From Candidatus Poribacteria bacterium (GTDB lineage: Bacteria > Poribacteria > WGA-4E > WGA-3G): a stretch of 64,000 bases of DNA. Both the position numbers and the translations under genes were made by a program. The first letter of the stretch is position 1, and the number at the start of each line of letters is the position of its first letter. The notes under the pieces are model-generated. The model made no database searches and had not been told where the DNA came from. It worked only from the letters and a program-made list of their open reading frames with translations. The stretch lies in NCBI GenBank assembly GCA_965242965.1, contig OZ251518.1:3744001-3808000 (forward strand), given 5' to 3'. This document shows positions 57,530-64,000 of this stretch, piece after piece.

Positions 57530-57920
57530 GTGGCGAGGGAAACCCGCTCGCATGCGCGTGTGGCATGCGAGGGCCCTCGCCCTACGGTATTCGGGGTTTC
57601 AATGTCCTTGCGGTTGGTTTTGCGTATCTGCAAAGCGAACTGCTTCGCGAAGCACGCGCTATCCGGTCTTGATGCCTTCCTTGTAGGAGAGACCTCCCGG
57701 TCTCGATGCAATATTAAAAAAAACAAATCCTCCCCGCATCAAAGTGCCGTTGATTTTAATCTTGACATTTTTCCGACGGTGTGTTAAACTCTTCTTAACA
57801 GGGATAGGAATTGAGACTAGGCGGACGCGCCTACGGGCAGAAATCGATCCCCGAGGTCTTTCCTACCGGGGTATGAGTCAAGATCGGCGTGGCGAGGGAC
57901 AGGCCCTCGCCCTACGGTTA
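57530..57920. repeat. REP hairpins flanking a sigma70 promoter
   Basis: Usual REP modules; TTGACA (57762-57767), 17 bp spacer, TAAACT (57785-57790). Confidence 0.7.
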
Positions 57921-57972
57921 AAGGGCCCTCCCAGTCTTGATGCAGTCTTGAAAGCGATAGGAAACAAACGTC

Positions 57973-58440
57973 ATGCAAAATGTGTGGATACAACGAACCA
58001 TCGGAATACTCGTCATACTCGCCGCATGCGGCGTGATCGCCTGGGCGCAAAAGCATAGCAGCACCGAAAAAGGCACCACGCTGGCAGACCTCGGCGTAAC
58101 CGAAGAACAGAAAACCCAAATCAAAGCGATGTGGGAACTCAAACGCCAAAAGCAGATTCAGGCCACCAAAGCCCTGCACACCCTAAACCAACTCGCAAAA
58201 GATGCGCGCGTTGAAGATGCCACGATTCAGAAGACTTTGACGGAGATACGCGCGAAACGGAAAGAGGTCCAGCAACAGATAGAACAAGCCGAAGAAGCGT
58301 TGACGCAAACGCTACCGCCACGCGCACAACTCCACCTGACACTCTTAGGCGTGTTAGATAACGGATTGCCGCGCAGAATTGTGAGACAGCAACCCGACAA
58401 TAAAAAGGAAGCCGAAACCAACCAATCGCCCGCAAAATAG
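57973..58440 (+). CDS. Periplasmic Spy/CpxP-like helical protein
   Basis: Signal peptide; LGVTEEQKTQIK, coiled coil, LPPRAQ. Confidence 0.6.
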   Translation: MQNVWIQRTIGILVILAACGVIAWAQKHSSTEKGTTLADLGVTEEQKTQIKAMWELKRQKQIQATKALHTLNQLAKDARVEDATIQKTLTEIRAKRKEVQQQIEQAEEALTQTLPPRAQLHLTLLGVLDNGLPRRIVRQQPDNKKEAETNQSPAK

Positions 58441-58444
58441 GGGG

Positions 58445-59287
58445 ATGGGAACCATGGAACATCATCCACCAGAACCGATTTTTGATTTCGCGAACCTACC
58501 CGATAGCGAACTAGAGCTCGCCACCGGTGCCCTGCTCATTGCAAAAAGCGATTATCCTGAATTGGATGTCGCCGATTATCAGCAGCGGTTAGATGCCATG
58601 GCCGACGCTATCCGTCAAAACCTGCAAGGGACAGCGTTACCTGAGCATCACATTGCCGAAATGAACCGTTATCTTTTCGAGGAGCAGAAGTTTCAGGGGA
58701 ATAATAAGGACTACTACGCGCTGAGCAATAACTTCCTCAACGTCGTCCTTGATAGAAAAATGGGGTTGCCCATTACCCTGTCTGTCCTCTACATTGAAGT
58801 TGGCAAGCGCGCAGGACTGCCCCTCGCCGGCGTTAACTTTCCGGGCCATTTCCTTGTCAAATACAAAAGTGAACATCTCGACGTGTTCATTGATGCCTTT
58901 GACAACGGGAAATTCATGTCCGAAAACGCACTAGAGGCGAAACTTCAGGAGACTTTCGGACAACCCATAAAACTCCAACCGAGCATGCTAGCCGAGGCGA
59001 CGCATCGGGAGATTTTGGCGCGCATCTTGCGGAATCTCATGCACGCCTATACGCGCCTTGAGCGGCACGATGCAGCACTGCATGCCGCGCAGCGCATCAC
59101 GTGGTTCTTGCCGAATTCCGCCGGTGCTCTTCGTCAATTCGGCTACATGCTCTACAGAAACAACGCCTACAGCGACGCAATCTCTGTTTTTGAGAGATGC
59201 CTTGAAATTGAGGACAATCCCGTGGAAGTCGCCGCCATTGAGCGGAATATTCGGGTGCTTCGTCAGCTCCTCGCGCGTCTGAATTGA
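58445..59287 (+). CDS. SirB1/transglutaminase-like (Transglut_core2) protein with TPR
   Basis: FQGNNKDYY, GLPITLSVLY, GVNFPGHFLV, ILARILRNL. Confidence 0.9.
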   Translation: MGTMEHHPPEPIFDFANLPDSELELATGALLIAKSDYPELDVADYQQRLDAMADAIRQNLQGTALPEHHIAEMNRYLFEEQKFQGNNKDYYALSNNFLNVVLDRKMGLPITLSVLYIEVGKRAGLPLAGVNFPGHFLVKYKSEHLDVFIDAFDNGKFMSENALEAKLQETFGQPIKLQPSMLAEATHREILARILRNLMHAYTRLERHDAALHAAQRITWFLPNSAGALRQFGYMLYRNNAYSDAISVFERCLEIEDNPVEVAAIERNIRVLRQLLARLN

Positions 59288-59575
59288 TGTGCTGCGGTTT
59301 TGAGTCTGGCAGCATCGGGACCGGGAGGGCTCTCCGACGGTATTGCATCGAGACCGGGAGGGCTCGCCTACCGCGCGTCTGAATTAATGTGCGGCAGTTT
59401 CCCCTTGCATTTTCGCACCGGAGCTGCTAAAATACCCTTTACACAGAATTAACGATGGATTTGCCTCCATCATGCAACAAACATATAAATTTGATAAGAA
59501 ACGTAGTCATCGTCATCACCGTTGGCGATGATGGAATTAGGAAAGAGGCGTAATAGCATCCGAAATACGAAAAAA

Positions 59576-60805
59576 ATGAACACAGATTTTTTAACGTGCC
59601 GCGCTTTCGTCATTCTCCTGTTAATTCTGGCGCAGCTCGGGATAGGACAGGCTCTCGCCCTACAAGCTGAGCGGGCATCGGGACAGGAGGAAGGCACTGT
59701 TGTAACAAAAGAAGGCGTGCCGATTGTGTCGGCGATGAAGATAGCGCAACGTGACGATTTCACGACGTATCAGTTGCAAGCCGGTGACCAGGTGGTAGTC
59801 ACGGTGGAAGGGTATCCCGAATATAGCAAGGAGCGCGTGCCTGTCCCTATCCAACCCGACGGCTACCTCTCCTATCCGCTGATAGGCGTTATCAAGGCGA
59901 CAGGACTGACGATTTCGGAACTTGAGGCGCGGATGCAGTCCGCATTCGCTGAACGGCTGCAGAGCGCGAGCGTTTTCGTCACGCTAATGCAACCGAAACG
60001 CACCATTCTCGTGCTAGGTGCCGTGGAACCGAGGGGACGAGGGAATCCGCATGTCTTTGAAACCGGACAGGTTTATCTGATGCACGCGCTCGCGGCCGCA
60101 GGCATTAACTATGAACTGGCAGACCTGACTGCGGTTACCATCTGGCGTGATGGAAAACTTTACCAGAAAGTCGATTTTATCGCGCTCGTTGAAGCAGGCG
60201 GACCCGATATCCCGTTGAGAGACTACGATACGATTCTCATCCCATCTGCCTTTGAGCAGCGTCCCATCCGAGTCATCGGCGCAGTGATGGCACCCGGTGT
60301 GTATCCTATCTCAACGCAACAAATCCCCGCGATTCAGGCGTTGAAACTTGCCGGCGGCTCCAGAGCCGATTTCACAGACCTGGGTAAAGCGGAAATCATC
60401 ACCAACGAAGGACGCATTTCCGTTGACTTGACATCGGACAATGTCGATGCGATGCTGGCACCGGGCGACACACTGTATATCCCCCTCGCCGAGGCGAAGA
60501 TTAGCGTCATCGGCGCAGTGGATAAACCGGGCGAATACGTTATCACGGAACCCGTGCTGTTAGCGAAGGCTGTCGCAATGGCGGGTGGACTGAACGAAGA
60601 CAGAGCGAACCCGAAAAAGTGCATCCTGACGCGCGCCAGCGGCACCACCGAAGAACTCAACTTTGACGAGATGCACTCCACGGTGTATCTCCATCCAAAT
60701 GACCAGGTTCGTGTTCGGGAGCGCATGCGGATTGATTGGCGTGTGCTGACGTTCGCTGCATCGCTAACCAGCTTGCTCGTGAATGTGCTTGGGCTGCGGA
60801 ATTGA
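59576..60805 (+). CDS. Polysaccharide export protein (Poly_export + SLBB repeats, Wza-like)
   Basis: YQLQAGD, IQPDGYLSYPLIG, repeated V-I-G-A-V-x-x-PG SLBB units; start uncertain (59522-59576). Confidence 0.87.
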   Translation: MNTDFLTCRAFVILLLILAQLGIGQALALQAERASGQEEGTVVTKEGVPIVSAMKIAQRDDFTTYQLQAGDQVVVTVEGYPEYSKERVPVPIQPDGYLSYPLIGVIKATGLTISELEARMQSAFAERLQSASVFVTLMQPKRTILVLGAVEPRGRGNPHVFETGQVYLMHALAAAGINYELADLTAVTIWRDGKLYQKVDFIALVEAGGPDIPLRDYDTILIPSAFEQRPIRVIGAVMAPGVYPISTQQIPAIQALKLAGGSRADFTDLGKAEIITNEGRISVDLTSDNVDAMLAPGDTLYIPLAEAKISVIGAVDKPGEYVITEPVLLAKAVAMAGGLNEDRANPKKCILTRASGTTEELNFDEMHSTVYLHPNDQVRVRERMRIDWRVLTFAASLTSLLVNVLGLRN

Positions 60806-60893
60806 TTCTTTGTAGTGTATAACGTCAAGACGGCCTGGGAAATGGAGCTCTTTGCCAAGACAACGTCAAACAACCGCTAGGAACTAAAAAAAT

Positions 60894-63245
60894 ATGCGAG
60901 AAACAGTTGACACAAGTGTCAGCCCTACAACCGCCCGGCAACTTGAGGAAATTCGCGAGATTCGATTGTCGGACTATTTTTGGATGCTTTTTCGGAGCAA
61001 GTGGAGCGTGCTGTCCATTTTCTTACTCACCGTTTTAGGCGCGTTCCTCGTCACCGATTTCACCACGCCGGTGTATCAGTCAGAGACTACTGTTCGCGTC
61101 GTTGATGGGCAACAAACGCCTTCGCTGTTCTCCCAATTGCCGTTATCGGGACTCTTTGGCGGCACATCGCTGGGTGCGTATGCGGCGCAGTTGCAGTCCC
61201 GCGATTTGGTTATCGCGCCGGCAGTGCGGCAATTGAGAGAAGAAGGACTTCTCGAACCGCTGCCCGTTCATCGCGGCAGAATACTGACGTGGTTGGCAGA
61301 GCGGGTTAATATTGATGTGGTGCAAGGTGCCACGGAGCAGGGAGAACTCACTGTGGCGGAGTGGGAAGACTTCTTCATCAAAACCCTCATTGACGAGCAG
61401 TTGAAGATAGATGAGTCATCGGATGGGAACGTGATTACCGTTACCGTGAAGCAGCGGCTGCCGGAACGCGCGCAGCAGTTGTGCAATAAAATCGTTGCTG
61501 TCTTTCAGCAGGTGGTGGCGGCAGAGACAGAAGAGCAGATGCGGTGGTGGGAGAAGCCGATGCCGCAGTCAATGCTGGCGGCAACGCAACAGAACCTGAA
61601 AACGGCGGAAGAGGAACTGTTTAATTTTCAGCGCGACTATCCAGAGATTACCTTGAACGCGGAGGGTGCCACACAAGCGCAGCTCATTCTGGCACTTCAG
61701 TTGAAGGAAAATGAGTTGATAGGGCTTTTGTCAGGCGCGGCGTTGCAACGCGAAGAATACGCCGCGGAATTGGCGAAGATTGAGGAGAATCTCGTGTCGG
61801 AGACGGTGGCGACGAATCCTTCCTACTCCAAATTGCGCGATAATCTACACGAGTATGAAATTGAACGCCAGGGCATGACAGGCAAATACGATGAGACGCA
61901 TCCGGACGTTGTCGCGTTAGATAAGAAAATCGCGGAGACGAAGGCACGCCTCGCCGAGGAGGAGCAGCAGATAAGAAGCACGACAACGGCTTACAACCCG
62001 CTGCACCAAGCACTCACCGAGAAGGTGAACGAGGCAGAGGCAACTATTAAGAGTCTCACGGAGCAGAAAAATCAGGTTTCAGCACAGATTGCGTCGCATA
62101 TTGCGCGGCTCAGCACCTGGTCTTCGCAACAAATCAAGTTGTTTCGGTTGAAGCGTGACGTTGAAATTTACAACGCGCAGACTATCGCTTTGGAGGCGAA
62201 GATGCGGGAGTCGGAGATTGTCGCCGAGGCGCGCACCGAGAACCTCAAGGTGTTAGATATGGCGCGCGTCCCTGAGGAACCTGTCGCGCCGCGTCTGAAG
62301 TTGAACCTCGTTTTAGGCGCGATGCTTGGTGGGCTGCTCGGCTTCACATTCGCTGTGGCGAAGAATTACTTCCAAGATACCTATCTGCGATTAGAGGAGG
62401 CGGTGCGGCAATTGGAATCGCTGCCGAATCCGCCGAGTTTCCTCGGTGTTATCCCCTCCGTAGGCAGAATAGCCCGCAGGAAGCCGCCGCAACTCATCGT
62501 TCACGACGCGCCGCACTCGCGGGCGGCAGAAGCGTTTCGGGTGCTACAAGCGAAACTGCCGTTCCTCACCCCCGGCAGTGCGCTGAAAACAGTGCTCGTC
62601 ACCAGCGCGACGCGCGGCGAAGGGAAAAGCACCGTCTCGTCCAATCTCGCCATGTCACTGGCACAAAAAGGGAACCGGGTGTTGCTTATTGATGCCGATA
62701 TGCGCCGTCCTTCGCAGCACAAAACGTTCGCTACCGAAGCAGCAGATGCCGAAGAAGCAACGTCAACCTCGCTTGCTATTCGGAAACCGGGGTTAAGCGA
62801 GGCACTCATCAGCATGAACGCGGACAACGGTTACGATGTGTTCCAGGCCACAATCAAGCCGACAGGCGTTCCGAATCTGCATCTTGTATCCGGTGGCACC
62901 GTGCCGCCAAATCCGATTGAGTTGTTAAACTCCGAGATGATGTCGCAGTGGTTAGAATTCGCACGCACCGAATACGATGTTGTTGTAATTGATTCTCCCC
63001 CGGTCCGCGCTGTCGCCGACGCCGTGATTTTGGCACCTATCGTCGATGCTGTTGTCTATGTGTTTGACATCACCAAAACGCGGCGGTTTGACATGCTGAC
63101 AGGCGTGCGGCACCTCACCGAAGTCTTACCGACGAAGAGCATCGGTGTGCTGTGCAACATGATTCATCCGAAGCATGCGAAGTCCTACGGCTATTACGGC
63201 CGCCATACCCGTTATTATGAGTTAGGCGATGGGAGCGTAGATTAA
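60894..63245 (+). CDS. Polysaccharide co-polymerase / BY-kinase (Wzc-like)
   Basis: Two transmembrane segments around a coiled coil; AEAFR, Walker A GEGKST, DADMRRP, IDSPP, C-terminal Tyr cluster YGYYGRHTRYY. Confidence 0.92.
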   Translation: MRETVDTSVSPTTARQLEEIREIRLSDYFWMLFRSKWSVLSIFLLTVLGAFLVTDFTTPVYQSETTVRVVDGQQTPSLFSQLPLSGLFGGTSLGAYAAQLQSRDLVIAPAVRQLREEGLLEPLPVHRGRILTWLAERVNIDVVQGATEQGELTVAEWEDFFIKTLIDEQLKIDESSDGNVITVTVKQRLPERAQQLCNKIVAVFQQVVAAETEEQMRWWEKPMPQSMLAATQQNLKTAEEELFNFQRDYPEITLNAEGATQAQLILALQLKENELIGLLSGAALQREEYAAELAKIEENLVSETVATNPSYSKLRDNLHEYEIERQGMTGKYDETHPDVVALDKKIAETKARLAEEEQQIRSTTTAYNPLHQALTEKVNEAEATIKSLTEQKNQVSAQIASHIARLSTWSSQQIKLFRLKRDVEIYNAQTIALEAKMRESEIVAEARTENLKVLDMARVPEEPVAPRLKLNLVLGAMLGGLLGFTFAVAKNYFQDTYLRLEEAVRQLESLPNPPSFLGVIPSVGRIARRKPPQLIVHDAPHSRAAEAFRVLQAKLPFLTPGSALKTVLVTSATRGEGKSTVSSNLAMSLAQKGNRVLLIDADMRRPSQHKTFATEAADAEEATSTSLAIRKPGLSEALISMNADNGYDVFQATIKPTGVPNLHLVSGGTVPPNPIELLNSEMMSQWLEFARTEYDVVVIDSPPVRAVADAVILAPIVDAVVYVFDITKTRRFDMLTGVRHLTEVLPTKSIGVLCNMIHPKHAKSYGYYGRHTRYYELGDGSVD

Positions 63246-63259
63246 ACTTCCATGTGTTA

Positions 63260-63452
63260 TTCGTAGGGGGCTGTCCCTCCGCCTTTCTCCATCGCGGGGG
63301 ACAGGCCCCCGCGCTACGGTAAAAAACGGCCCCCTTCACCGTAGGGCGAGGGCCTGTCCCTCGCCGTGCCTCGGTCTGAGAAACAGCTTTGGTTGGCGTG
63401 CGTTTTTCGCGCAGATCGAACGCTCGCGGGGGACAGGCCCCCGCCCTACGGT
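63260..63452. repeat. REP hairpin cluster between convergent genes
   Basis: CGCGGGGGACAGGCCCCCGCGCTAC and GTAGGGCGAGGGCCTGTCCCTCGCC. Confidence 0.8.
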
Positions 63453-63469
63453 GCGGTTTTCTGCGTTTT

Positions 63470-64000
63470 TCACGCCCGCATCTTCCCCAAACTCGCAGGC
63501 GGACGCGATTTGCCCACTAACCCCGCAAGCACCACCATCGTTAAAATATAAGGAAAACTATTAAGCAACTGCACCGGAATGTTCCATTGATTGGCGAGTT
63601 CAAAAGCGGCGGCGAAACCGAATAGCAGACACGCCGCAACGCCACTCAACGGCCGCCAATTCCCAAACACGACTGCCGCTAACGCGACGTAGCCGCGCCC
63701 GGCTGTCATCCCCTTTGTAAAATAGTGGACTTCGGATGCGAGGAAACAACCGCCGAGCGCGGTGAGGATACCGCTCAACATAACCGCCGCGTATTGCCAC
63801 GCAGCGCGGCTTAGGCTAAGCGTGGCGAGTGCCTCCGTTGATTCGCCAGCGGCGCGCAAACGCAAACCCCACGGTGTTTTAAAGAGGAAAATGTGACTTA
63901 TTCCCATCAGCACCGGCACGACATAGACAAGAAACCCGTAAGAACCGATAATCGGCAGCTGCCATTGCGGAAGTCCCTCAACACGTCCGGATGTCGGCAA
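63470..64000 (-). CDS. ABC transporter permease (nucleoside/sugar BPD_transp_2 type), 5'-truncated by the window edge
   Basis: TPWGLRLRAAGE, GRGYVALAAVVFGNW, PYILT...PPASLG. Confidence 0.9.
   Translation of the reverse strand: MPTSGRVEGLPQWQLPIIGSYGFLVYVVPVLMGISHIFLFKTPWGLRLRAAGESTEALATLSLSRAAWQYAAVMLSGILTALGGCFLASEVHYFTKGMTAGRGYVALAAVVFGNWRPLSGVAACLLFGFAAAFELANQWNIPVQLLNSFPYILTMVVLAGLVGKSRPPASLGKMRA

Overview
A GC-rich bacterial chromosomal window. Candidatus Poribacteria is my inference, from the PhyH dioxygenase, LamG and CRTAC1/ASPIC proteins, the C-terminal 'KLTTTWGxxK' tail and the style of intergenic repeats. Housekeeping and metabolic genes include a sulfurtransferase, a PTPS-folE-SDR pterin operon, two CNNM/CBS proteins, eda, iolC/iolD, rlmB, radC, dnaE, an MFS transporter, wza/wzc and an ABC permease. 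Secreted repeat-domain proteins and several defence genes are also present. Main observations: (1) a tandem array of three paralogous nuclease-methyltransferase genes (32.8-42.5 kb). Two are fused to different half-specificity domains; the third is separated from an in-frame two-TRD specificity gene by a single UGA-C stop. (2) MITE-like shells with 15-bp terminal inverted repeats and 6-7-bp target duplications, filled with shuffled GTAG-type REP hairpins. (3) The same hairpins sit in-frame inside at least four protein genes. (4) A likely complete tetrahydrobiopterin operon. I saw no rRNA, tRNA, CRISPR array or transposase. All calls come from reading motifs by eye; no database search was run.
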